From Penicillus capitatus (Eukaryota; Plantae; Chlorophyta): a stretch of 64,000 nucleotides of DNA. The notes beneath the pieces are model-generated. The model saw only the letters and a program-made list of their open reading frames with translations. It searched no databases and was not told the DNA's origin. The stretch spans positions 558,001 through 622,000 of the forward strand of contig OZ287700.1 in the NCBI GenBank assembly GCA_965649825.1, given 5' to 3'. This document shows, one piece after another, positions 50,940 to 62,353 of this stretch (positions are counted from its first letter, which is position 1; every line of letters starts with the position of its first letter). Both the position numbers and the translations under genes were made by a program.

Positions 50940-53070
50940 GGGTCTCACTTCTGGGAAGTCGGGTTGTCGGTAGATACAGTACAACGCCCGTTCCATCTCA
51001 TGATGCGCGATATACTGACAACCTGCTCGTCGAGTGATCTTCTCCATGCAATCGTAGACCCTTTGCATGCGATCGAGCTGCGACAGGTATCACAACTCTA
51101 CACAAGAAGATGTGGAGGAGAGGGTACCGTGCGCTGTTCTTTGGGTGTGGCCTGCATTTCGAATTCCATGTACGAAATGGACCGGTTCACAAAATCTCTG
51201 CCCGACATGGAGTTCTTGGATGCGGTTTGCCGAGAGATGCCGTGGTATCGAAAGACTTTACAGAGCTGATCCCTTGTGCAATACCGCAAAGAGAATGCCT
51301 TGGGCACAGATGTTGCGTCCTCTGTCTCCATCAACACACGACGCAGTTCCGCCTGCAGAATCTGTCGGGCAGCAGGAAAGAAAGAGAAGAGACCCACCCA
51401 CCTTCACATGGCAATGCGCCCTGCGTGCCATTGTCCAAAGAGTTGGTCCATACTCGTCTAGAAAGCCCGCCACGTGTCTTCGGGCCTCGATCAAGAGATT
51501 CATGACGCTGGCGATAGCTATGCGCACAAGGTGTGGAGGGAGAGATGCATGAGCGGGATCGATGTCCAACATATAAGGCAGCTCTCTCAGCAATGGCAGA
51601 CTGTGGTGAACCACTTCCTAGAAATGGGCGCAGCTTAGGCATCCAAGAAAAGGTAGCAGCGCGATTACTTTCATTTTGTATGCGTCGTTGTGCACAGCGA
51701 TGGAACATAGACTGCCGACACAGAGAACGGAAAAGGCCATTCTGTGGCGGACGCTTTGGCGAGATCCAAATCTCAACACCTGTTCCACGATAGCCATATA
51801 GATCGAGTGGAATTCATCTAGGAATTGCTGGATGCCATCTGCAAAGGTACTCAAAAAGACAAAGGCGAATTGGTGCGTGTTCTCATCGAAGGGAGACGTC
51901 ATCAACATCTGCAGACAGATGCGTGCCAATCCTGTAACAGGCATAACAGAATCATCTCTTGTCCTCTCTTTACTGTGGAGAAGACTTACGATGACGGAAG
52001 ACACACAGCTGCGTTCCCATGAGCATTGTTCGCTGAAAGATTTGACAGATACAGTTTGCCACAGGTGTCCATTGGCGATTCTCGACATCCTGTTCCAGGA
52101 TACAAACCAAAAGCAACGCAAAATGTCTGAGCAGTTTCGGCATTTTCGTCCGGAGCAGAAAACAGAGATGTCTCACGGTTGCACTTGAGTGTGCTTAGGT
52201 ATTTTCGCCTCAGCAAAGATGGCACATAAGCGCATCTGAATGTTGAAATCCGATATGGATGCGAGACTTGACCACGTCGAAACCGCCTCTGGCATCTGTA
52301 TAAACTCAGGATGCACCTTCATCGCCGCAAGAAGAACCTCCAACAAGAGATAGACATGATCTGCCATGCCACACACTCCCCTTTGAAACCGATCTGCGAA
52401 AACGTTAAGTACAGTTGATACCCGATGGCAGGTCTGTGTGCCGAAGGTACATCAACATGTGGAAGACATCCTGCCAAGAGAGTTGATCGGCCATGGCAGA
52501 GAGATGTATTGCGGCGATGTTGCAGTCCTCCTAGGCATCCCCTTATCGAGATACTGGCCGCCACAGGCGTACATGATTTGATTGTGCATCGCAGAGACTG
52601 GCAAGAAAGCTGTCTTTGCAACAGGCTAGGTCGTCATTGAGGATGTCTCTCTACAGAACGCATCCGCCATGAGTTACACCAGATTTACGCGCAGGTCATC
52701 TCTCAGACACAGGAGAACGGCGTCGCGGACGATAAGATGGATCGCAACGGTGCGATGCCAAAACACGAAGTCGTGAACGAGGCACACTGCAGTACGGTTA
52801 TCGGCGTGCAGACGTCGCACCGTCGGCGAAACGTGAACAGAATGATTGCTGCAGAGGTCTTACCGTCCAGCAGTTCATTCTGAAGATCCTTGGCAATGGC
52901 GTAAGATAGCTAGCTTGCCTGTTGGCGTAAGTACTAACCGAAATCGTATCTGCGCATCCGCCGCCTGTACGGCCTCCTTCGCAGAACCCTCCCCAACTCC
53001 GAATCGTCGCAACGATGTTCTCAACAATACACAGCACGATCCCCTGCGTCTGTATTTGCAGTGTCATTGA
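50940..53070 (-). CDS. Multi-exon alpha-helical (ARM/HEAT-like?) hypothetical protein
   Basis: A chain of Leu-rich minus-strand ORF fragments (52173-52376, 51618-52121, 51258-51614, 51098-51397). Ends are uncertain. Confidence 0.5.
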
Positions 53071-53568
53071 CAGACAGGTAAACGTGGAGTCGGTCTCTTT
53101 GTCGGCGGACAAACGGGTCGTGCGTTTCTGTTACCGTTTTCCTTTTTACAGGATTCTATTGCGACTATCGTCACCCCTTGAGTGACAGTGACATATCAAC
53201 ATTTGCTGAAAAGCAGAAGTTAGGCTAGTCCTTAATGGTCGACGACACAATGCAGCATCGTTCTGTCAACTGTGCATACCAGGGAGAAAGAGATCTGTCA
53301 GCAACACAGCAAAGTAATGTGAACAACTCAATGAAATAGCAGCAAAAGACGGCAGACGAGATGTTTTGAGTGACTCCCTGCCACCACCGTCATCATACGA
53401 TAACTTAAGGTCTGAAATAAGAGTGAAATCCTTCCGATTAATAAGACACTATTTCGGAAACGAAATCACGTTCTTTTTCTTTTTCTTATGTACAGTATGG
53501 TGTCGTTGGTTCAAATGATGGATGGATGGGTGGATTGATGGACAGTTGTTGACAGACGACGTGCTAAC

Positions 53569-54879
53569 TTACAGGAGCAGCTGTGTGTTGGGATGTCTCG
53601 ATCGCAGGACTCTTCTCAGCACGGCTGCCGCTTCTTTGTTGATGTTATTAAATCGCAGGTCCAATGACTGCAGTGGTGGACATCCACTACACAACAACCG
53701 CTCGCTCTATCAGCCGCCACCCATCCGGCACAGATTCTGTACTTTTCTAGAGAGATGGCCAGTTTCTTTGCGCCAGATGAGGTTATCTGGGCACGGCGAA
53801 TCTGAAGCCGGCGGATGGACTTGTTATTCTTGATGCATTCCAGGAGTAAGAGCGCCCCCTCGTCACCCAGTTGACAACCACGCCCTAACGTCAGATACTG
53901 TACACGACTTTCCGTTATTGCACTGCCAAGGCTCTACGCAGACAGACATCACGCATCTTCTCTGCATCTCTGCTGCCGTCTCCATTACTTGCAGATTTAC
54001 AAACGGATGGACATAGTCTTCGAAATACGTCTCTCTGCTATCGGACAGCTTTGCAAACGCCGAGATGGGTAGATTCATGATCTCGAGCCGCATCACTCGC
54101 ACAACAGATGACTTCAGCCATTGAGAAATGGTGTGCCATTGCCATGGGTCAAGCCATTTCTGCCGACTACTTGAAGACCACGTGCTCTGTACACGAGCGT
54201 CGATCTCAAAGCACTAGACATCACACATCCACGTTCCCATTATCTCACTCTTTTCTAATCCTATCACCGTTAGTCTCTCGGCTCTGAGAACAAACTCGTT
54301 GACCTTCTTAAAATCCCGACTCAGAAAAAACACCGTCTGTCGACCGGAACCCGATTTCATATTCGACATCTAACCACACGAACAAACACATGCTCTGAGC
54401 TCTTTCCCCCTTGTCTCTATCTGACTTTCAGCGTCTCGAGTTTCTTGCAGTGTCCCAAGACATGTAAGACATGAATGGGAGATCCTGTCGTCAATGTTGC
54501 CCCGTTGAGATAGACTTCTCGAATCGGACTGAATCGCGCCCAAAAGTTCAGACCATTGACAAGAGGTTTCCTCGGTGCCCCCAGAGCGCTATGCGACACC
54601 AATGCCGTCATCTCCATCGGTCCACACTAGATATCGCGCGTCATGTCCAGCTCCACATCTCAAGGCGTTCACTTTTATCCCGACCTCCGCGTCCGTTCCA
54701 ACATGGAGAGCGGACCAGAGACGCTTGGATCGAATGGCCTTGCACCAGCGGCGACAGACGACTTCCATTTGGACACGCGTTCTTAAAGGCACATAGCGAA
54801 AGATGCGGTCCCATAAAGCGGCATCCAGAGAGCTCCAGGAAACCATGCACTGCTGCGAATAGCTTGTCTTGGGCTCCAT
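53569..54879 (-). CDS. F-box / leucine-rich repeat protein
   Basis: F-box SLDAALWDRIFRYVPLRTRVQMEVVCRRWCKAI; RI-like LRRs LGDEGALLLLECIKNNKSIRRLQI and LQSLDLRFNNINKEAA. Stop in CTGTAA. Confidence 0.82.
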
Positions 54880-54979
54880 AGCCTCGGCCGAGTTGTACAA
54901 AATGATCTATTTCAGCACAATGAAGTTGACTTCCGAATACCGACCGTCTTGTCAGATACCAGAGAAATCTGTCGTACAC

Positions 54980-55874
54980 ATGGCGTGGGCAGCACCTATC
55001 GAATCCCTCATCTCACAGGGACGACTTGAAGAGATTGCACCCTACTTAGAACAAACGGAACTCGAAGTGCACCACATGACTCTCTCCGATCGGACAAAGA
55101 CGAAAGCGCTGTGCGTGTAAGAGTGAAGAGCTGTACGTGTTTGATGGCTGGCCTTATGCACTGCACCTTCTTGGACATGTTTTGAATGGAGATCTGTACG
55201 ACACCGATTCTTCGTTGTTGTTATGGAAGATGCGTGTGATGATGCAGTGTCTCTGCGCGTTTTCTCTGGAAGAGATTCCCAGCGGCCGCAAGGGTGCGAT
55301 CGTGAAGTGGATGGATGTGGATGGAGGTCGTTTGTGCCGTGACAGGAAGATCGAGAGGCCGTGGCGGCGTGGAATGTCGTAAAGACGTTTTGGAATCATG
55401 TCTTTGAGGAATACAACATCTGTCTGAACGCTCTGCAGTGGTCGCCTCCTGTTCAGCTTCTCATCAACGCCATCGCCTGCAAGACGCGCAAAGAGATGAT
55501 GGACTTGATCGAACACACCTACACGGATCTCTCAACAGCACGTTTGGCAAAACTGCTGGGCATCTCCGAAACAGACGTCATTCCATGCAAGATGACAGCC
55601 TTCGACTCTAGTCTTTGTCGAATCCATCTGTTTACTAGGTGTGGAAGAACGAGGGTGGAAGATGATGGGTGACGTTGTGCAGGTACAAGTAGTCTGTGAT
55701 CTCTCACTCTTCTCACTCATTCTTTTGCAGGTTGTGAAGAAGGAGCGTCGATCGGATTCGCATCTCATCGAGGACAAACTGCAGAAACTCGCAACGTAAT
55801 CCTATCTACTGCTCCTCATCGTGTTTGTTCGATGATGCGCGAGCAGGATCATTTCGCATTTGGAATCCGGATAG
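54980..55874 (+). CDS. CSN8: COP9 signalosome subunit 8
   Basis: DGWPYALHLLGH, RFLWKRFP, LQWSPPVQLLI, LAKLLGISETD, C-terminal KLQKLAT|IISHLESG*. Confidence 0.85.
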
Positions 55875-55965
55875 CGACTGAGCCGCCACTGTTTCTATGA
55901 GCCACAGATTAGATCACTTACACCACACTTGTGTACTGCGAGCAAGCATACGGCAGCAAGACAGT

Positions 55966-57744
55966 TTATTGGCCAGTGCGTTTCATTGAAACATCGTTTA
56001 TATTCGCGAGTTCAGAGAGATGTTCAATTGGCTTTGTGCTTGTTGCGAATCGATGGTCTTATCCAGCACCTTACTTGCCAGATGATGAGCGTCGATATGA
56101 AGACAGTAAGAGAGAACGACCAAAAATGGATAACGTGACGAGGAAAAGGCTGCTCGAATGCTTCGATACGACGGCCGAATTTCCAACAGACCAAGAACTC
56201 GACCAGAGCCGTCTACACACAGCTCCATCTCCCGCAGCGCTTTGGAAAATGCAGGGCATCTTACTGCGGCTCCCAGCCAGGCAAATGGCCCAAGCTTGGG
56301 AAACAGAGTTTCTCCGACAGGACGTCCTTCTAGAAACTCAAAGTATTCACGCACCGCCGGCATACCCTCCGCTGTAAACCATCCTCCATCGTATCCAACC
56401 ATCTCGTTTGCAGAAGCGAGTGTTACCGAACCAGATGATGAGGCGATAGGTATTGAGAAGATTTCTCGGCGGAATCCACAGGAGGTACTTCAGAAAAAAG
56501 GCCTGCACCTCAACGGCCAGGATCCAAACCATCAACACCGTCACCTGTAGACAACGCTTGGGACCTAAACAATCATCCACGAAGCGTTGAGGAGACGCCG
56601 TGGTTGGGGACAACTGGCATTGATGTTCCATTTGTATTTGTCCCAGGAATAGGGCAGGAGTTGCTGAAAAGAGCGTTTAGCTTTGCCCATGATCGTCTTC
56701 TCTTGACTGATGAATGTCCAACTGTGTCTCTCGTAATGATCATCGAACAGACGGACCGTCCACATTCCGGCACAGATGCCGACTAAATTGCACAGGGCAA
56801 CGTCTAGTATCCAGCTATCCCACCAACACTCATTAAAATTCGGCAGCCAATGCTGAACGAAAAAACACGTGACGTCTGGGCTCGTCCGCCTGCACAGGGA
56901 TCTTGTCACGGACCTGAAATGTCAGTTCAAGGAGTTCGAAGCCGATGGACAGGACCCAAAGAATACTGCTGTTTCGAAGCATCATCGATTTTGCCCACCT
57001 GATGCAACGATCCTCATTGCCATACCATGCAATGGACCACGCACCATCCAAAGATGTGCGCCAGGACGAATTCATCGAACACCGTGTCTTTGATGTTCTT
57101 CATATTCAGCGCACAGTCTTCACCGTATGCACGCTCCGGCAGTTCCTGTCCCAGTTCCTCCGACAAATGCTACAGCCGCAACGATGTCAGTACCCAACAA
57201 TCGATCTCACACTTTTGTATTGCCTTGAGAAAATGTCGCGCCGTTTGGAGGTCTTGAAAGAGTAACCAGACCACAAAAAGAAAGTAGACAACGCAGATAC
57301 CATGAATCATTCTCCAGAACATTGGATGGGGTCGGACCATCGATGTCGTCGGTCCCTGAACAATGGAATACCCTAATGCCATCCATCAGCACGGCGACAC
57401 TCTTCATCATGCCTTCCCTACCCAAAAAGACAAAGATGACAGTCCAGACGCCGCGCTTGGCATTGGAAATGATGCGTTCTGGGTCATTGTGTGCCTCTTG
57501 TGCATTTTCAACGTCCTCGAGGGTGCCACTCAGTATGAGCAGCGACCCGACCACTGCAGCAGGGGTGAGCGTTCGTGATAGGTCTGTAGCGGAGTGGACC
57601 GCAGATGAGGAAGAGCAGGGATCTCGGTGTGTAGAGAAAGGCCGTCTGTGGGTCGAGTTCTCTCAAAGCTGGATGTTGACTCTGCGTCGTCACCGGGACG
57701 CGTCGCACTTGGCCATTTTCGTAGGAGACGAAATCGCGATTCAT
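55966..57744 (-). CDS. PSS1: Phosphatidylserine synthase (base-exchange type)
   Basis: [38 protein letters not shown]|[44 protein letters not shown]. The last exon is approximate. Confidence 0.9.
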
Positions 57745-57761
57745 GAGCGAAATGGCGCAGT

Positions 57762-57766
57762 TTACA
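57762..57766 (-). terminator. Putative chlorophyte polyadenylation signal TGTAA after ELOC
   Basis: Lies 22 nt after the ELOC stop, inside the 44-nt spacer. The same motif follows several other stops (234, 15438, 24723, 27313, 30688, 44572, 49113, 53569, 55918). Confidence 0.5.
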
Positions 57767-57788
57767 GAACAGCACGTTTTCTCTGCGT

Positions 57789-58091
57789 CTACGTGTCTAG
57801 GAAATTGGCAGCTATCAACAATTCCACAGCAATGTTGGATTCCACTTTAAAACTCGGTTGCATTTTCATGTTGGGATCTTGGCATTGGAGATTGTAGTAG
57901 AAATAACGGCAGACATGCTCGAGCACGCGGCCTGAGACTTCTTTCAGCTGAATCTCCCCAAGCTCGCTCTCAGTGAAGCAGCCATCAGCACCAAGCATAT
58001 TGTTGAGTGTCTTCGATACACAAGCGGCCTTGTAATCGATGATAAATTCGAAGCCATCGTGGCTCACGAGCTTTACGTGTTTGTGCGCCAT
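57789..58091 (-). CDS. ELOC: Elongin C (SKP1-like), intronless
   Basis: VKLVSHDGFEFII, VSKTLNNML, SGRVLEHVCRYFYY, AVELLIAANFLDT*. Confidence 0.93.
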   Translation of the reverse strand: MAHKHVKLVSHDGFEFIIDYKAACVSKTLNNMLGADGCFTESELGEIQLKEVSGRVLEHVCRYFYYNLQCQDPNMKMQPSFKVESNIAVELLIAANFLDT

Positions 58092-58184
58092 GTCGAGTCA
58101 AATACAGTCACGTCGCAAACGTCGGAGGGGACGACGTCACGATGTACGTGTGACACGAGCGAGATGCATGTCAGTGACGACGAG

Positions 58185-59462
58185 TTAGATCCAGAGAAAG
58201 GACCCGTAGATCACGACGCCCAACAGAATAGACAATCCTTGACTCAGCAGAACGTAGGCGTAGCCCCTGGTCACCGTCTCGACACGCAACACGAGCTTCT
58301 GAATCTATGAGACCGGGGATGCAGCCCAGGAGGAAAGGTAATGCGTACACGGGTCTCACCTCAACAACCCATGTGGAGACAGTGCTGAGCGATCCGGCGA
58401 GTCCAGTGCGCAAAGCGTAGAGTAGGAGCTGGTAGATGGAGTGAAGGTTGGACCATCGTGTATCGACACCTTGTGATGCGAAACTGATAGCACAGGCTAA
58501 GAGATTGGCACAGAGGGTTCCGATAGGAAGCCATGGAGTGGGGAGGGTGCCGTTGAGAGCCGAGAGCTGCCATCTGGCCAATGCACCGAGCGGAGCCAAG
58601 AGAACAGCTGCGGCAAATTTTCGCCAGAAACGCACTTTTGTATCCCAACAGACGCCAAAAACTGCGGCGGCAGTGCTCAGAACGAGCAGAGAGCACATGG
58701 ATACCGTGAACGGAGTGAAGGATATAGGGTGCTGGTGTAGTTGGTTGGCGGTGGTGTTTTTGGATCGATGCCGTTTCAGCAGCATCAGAGCGACGTGCTG
58801 TCCCATCATCAGCGACGACATCCCAGCCATCGTTCCCAAGATTAACCCCATTCCTGCGCCTAGCCACTGCGATCCGTAGTAACTGCCTTTTCCCGCCAGC
58901 AGCATCTGGACCATCTGCAGTTTCCAGCTAGCAAACGTCGTCAACGATCCACAAAACCCCGTACGCCATCCGACCTGCACCCAATAGCGTCTCCTCTCCA
59001 TACGGACGCTTTGTATGCAACCTGGAGATTCGCGTTATATTGGAGAGATGCTGCATTGGGGGAGATGGCGGCCAAAGGGGACTCCGTTGCCTCGAGCTCT
59101 GGGAAGATGCTCTTGAGCGTTGCTGTTGATGAGAGCAGTCCCATAATGAAGCATCCGAGCATGTTGGCAGGCAAGTCACGAAACAAAGCACCTCCGTAGC
59201 TCTGATCCACACCCGTTGCCGTGACACATGGCATCCAGCTTAGGTCACCATTTGGTTGACGCTCGGAACAGTTTCCTGCAAAGAGCTCTCCTATCCATAT
59301 CCGACTGGCGGCGCCGATCTGAGCGAAGAAACTAACGTACGTCGCCGTCGAGAGAACGGACAGACGCGGCGACGCCATTCGACGCGTGTCCATAACATGC
59401 GGGCGATGCGATGAGAGAATCGATGCAACGATCATTGTCACTGAACGAACGTACCAACACAT
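58185..59462 (-). CDS. FEX1: FEX fluoride export channel (two fused CrcB/Fluc domains); 5' end ambiguous
   Basis: DLPANMLGCFIMG, RTGFCGSLTTFASW, APLGALARWQLS, IGTLCANLLAC, RTGLAGSLSTVSTW. Last exon IQKL...IYGSFLWI*. Confidence 0.88.
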
Positions 59463-59465
59463 TCC

Positions 59466-60386
59466 CTACTCGGATGTGCAGCGACACAAAGCGTCAGAGA
59501 AGCGAACAATGTCAAATGAGAGATCTGGGACATCTGATGCGAAATCCTGCGCAGTGGACGGCGTTGTTTGGTGAATGAGAGTCGTTGAGTACCAGTTGAG
59601 GAAAACAAGGTTTCCAGAAATCTTCAATACATGGTCGTTGTGTTTTGCTCTTGACCCAACGCGTGTCGAGCTGCATCGGCACCATCCTGCCACGAAACGT
59701 CTTTTCAGTTCCACAATGCACGGAAGAGCAGCGTGCTTGGATATAGAAGGATTGATGGATGGGTTCGGTGGAGGGAGATCAGTGTAGACAAGAGGCAGAT
59801 CCTGAGAGATCGATGACGTCCATCGACTGGGTTCTCTCTGAATTCCTCTCATAGAGTTGTCTGCCGTGAGCTCGTTAATGCGCTTTTCTGTGCGCTTGGT
59901 CGAGAGTTTACACACAGGTCGGTGATGTGACGTGCGAGAAGAGATGCTGCTTCCGCTCCTCTTTGCCGGCGGAGATAGCTTCTGGCAAACAGTTTCTGGC
60001 GGCGGAGCGTCGGCAGAAGATGAGAGAACAATCGAATCGGCGATGGTGTGATGCTCTTTGTCATCCATCACGCCGAGATCTCCTCTCTCGGCTTCCGTAT
60101 CGGTAATCGGTTGCGTGCTTATCGGCGAAGCAAATGAGTGATCTCTTTCTCCGATGCTTTGTCTTGAGTGACATTTGTGTTCACTGTTCAAACGATCCAC
60201 CACATCCGAGATTGTTCCCCATTCTTCAGCACTCCCCGTCCGCGACGTCGTGTCAGAAGAGGAGAGAGACGATGCAGAGTGCGATTCTGTCGATGAAGAT
60301 GGCGAATGCGCTAATGGCATTGCCCTCTGTTCTTCTGGACAGATGCCAGGATTGGATCGAGGAAGGTGCTCCTCTTCAGGGACTTC
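59466..60386 (-). CDS. Long Ser-rich exon of uncertain ownership (WD40 C-terminus, FEX N-terminus, or linker of a fusion)
   Basis: Open frame from the acceptor tgtgtag at 60387 to TAG at 59466. It can be spliced in frame to both neighbours. Confidence 0.6.
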   Translation of the reverse strand, partial: EVPEEEHLPRSNPGICPEEQRAMPLAHSPSSSTESHSASSLSSSDTTSRTGSAEEWGTISDVVDRLNSEHKCHSRQSIGERDHSFASPISTQPITDTEAERGDLGVMDDKEHHTIADSIVLSSSADAPPPETVCQKLSPPAKRSGSSISSRTSHHRPVCKLSTKRTEKRINELTADNSMRGIQREPSRWTSSISQDLPLVYTDLPPPNPSINPSISKHAALPCIVELKRRFVAGWCRCSSTRVGSRAKHNDHVLKISGNLVFLNWYSTTLIHQTTPSTAQDFASDVPDLSFDIVRFSDALCRCTSE

Positions 60387-60422
60387 CTACACAGACAAGC
60401 ATCAGATACAATGCAAGAGGAG

Positions 60423-61670
60423 TTATCTCATGACTTCAAATGCACGACAGGTGTTCACAGGAATGGCGATGACAGACGTTCGTGGGTGTCCTGTCGCATA
60501 AACGATAACGATCTTCCACTGGTTTCCCGCCCAATCGAGCCGATCTTCTTGTGAACAGAAGAAATCTGCCAGGGCTGGGCAGCAGGCCAACTCTCGTCGA
60601 AGCATGATATCTCCTGAGGAGATCCTGCACAGCTTCAACGTGCATTTTCCCATCGAACCTGAAAATGCATGTAATGACTGAGATTCGTGTCTCTTCGTAA
60701 ATGACGTGCTTTGCGAGAGGATGCAGAGATATGATCCGCATGGGCTCATGGAAAGACGATCGATGCTTTCGTGCATCGGGGTATCTGGTGGCACTGTGAG
60801 CAGACATCTCCAATGAGATGATACGTGAGGGATGTCCTGATAGACCCATACCATTCCTCCTCTACCGCCCAAGCCCATTAGCCAGATAGCTAAGAACACC
60901 GTCGATTGTGGTGTGACTTTCTCTCCCTTGAGAATGAGAGACTTTGATCTTGGCAGTGCATCGGTCGAGTGGCGATGCTGTCAATGGCTTGTCCAACGGA
61001 GGGCAGAACACTTTGCCGTTCAAGGCAGAAACGGAAGACGTTCCATACATAGACCTCTCCAGATTCCAATCCAGCCACAATCTGCAGCCACCGGATCGGA
61101 ACAGCATACAAACACATATGGAAGAGTGACGCGATGGGGTCCCAAAAAAGTGAGACAGGAGATTGTCGACATGCTCATGGACAGTGTCGAGTCCACTAAA
61201 GATCCGCTGTACAGGTCCCATAGCCTGACACATCCCTCTCTTGAAACCGAGACCATGAGCGTGCGGCTCAGATTCACGGCAAAATGCAGAACGACATCTG
61301 CAGGAACCGTATTTCCCCGTAGGAGACAAGAGAAGGTGGCATGCCTTCGTGTTTGTACGTTCTGGCGATGCGCATAGACGATGTCTCAGTAGGCAGGGGA
61401 CATTGGAAGATGTTATGACTGACGTTCTTGGCAAACACGACCTCCTTTGTGGCATGGCGGGATACGAATTCGAATCCGATCCACGGTTTCCTTTCGATAT
61501 CTTCGGCCAGATCATCCTCGCCGGGAGAGAGGACATAGGATGTCGTCTGGATCGAATCCGGATCATTTGGATCAAGCTTATCGATGTGCAGCGTGCCATC
61601 GAGATCGCTCCATCCCACAACGATGCCACGTTCCGTCGAGTGGACGTCAAACCTACTCGATCTCCGTCAT
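60423..61670 (-). CDS. WD40-repeat protein
   Basis: LMVSVSREGCVRLWDLYSG, IVAGLESGEVYVWN, LSMSPCGSYLCIL. Four introns traced, one with a GC donor. Confidence 0.72.
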
Positions 61671-62353
61671 GCAGAACGGATCGATGTCTCTGACCGTGCG
61701 CAGACGATGGAACGATGCGTCAACGTTGCGGTCATCGTCGGTCGTCAGGCACCTGTCGACACATCACGCACCGTTTCCGTTGACATCGACGGTGATGTGA
61801 CGTGGACGACAACTTCGATCCAGAGAACGACCACCCATCCGTACGTACATAGGTCACGATTGCCAACACCATATATAACCCTTGATTAAGTCAACCCATA
61901 GATTCGACAGCACAAGCAGGATCGTATACAAAAGGATCTGATCGTGCTGCTGAGAATGTATTACATTTCCATAGTGTGTTGATTTCCGAGTGACCATTTT
62001 CAAGATCAAACACATGTCTTATTACGATGCCCATTCTTTATTCATCGAATTCAATGCCTGGTATAAATGTTTCTCCCCGGCTCATGATCGTCGTCATCTT
62101 CATCATCTGTCAGTCTTGTCAATCACTTAGACATTTCCCTGATGTGACAACAACAACAGCAGCAAACAAACAAAAGCAAACAATGGATGACATTCATGGA
62201 CAAAAATGATGCTTGTGTTTGATCCTTTTGATCGAATCCGATCTGGTCCACTCCAGAGATGCCTTCCAGACCAAAATACACGTCTTCTTCTTGCTCTGCT
62301 CGAATCCTGTGCCTCAAGGTCGTCCAAGTGATTTTCGAGATAGTCCATTCGTC

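Noticed and set aside
57700-57800. Spliced ELOC-PSS fusion protein
   Set aside because: The available donor (phase 2) and nearest acceptor (phase 1) are incompatible, and ELOC has its complete canonical C-terminus.
61670-61850. In-frame TGA (61764-61766) upstream of the WD40 gene as selenocysteine or readthrough
   Set aside because: An ATG at 61670 gives a complete model with the TGA in the 5' UTR. There is no redox motif and no SECIS evidence.
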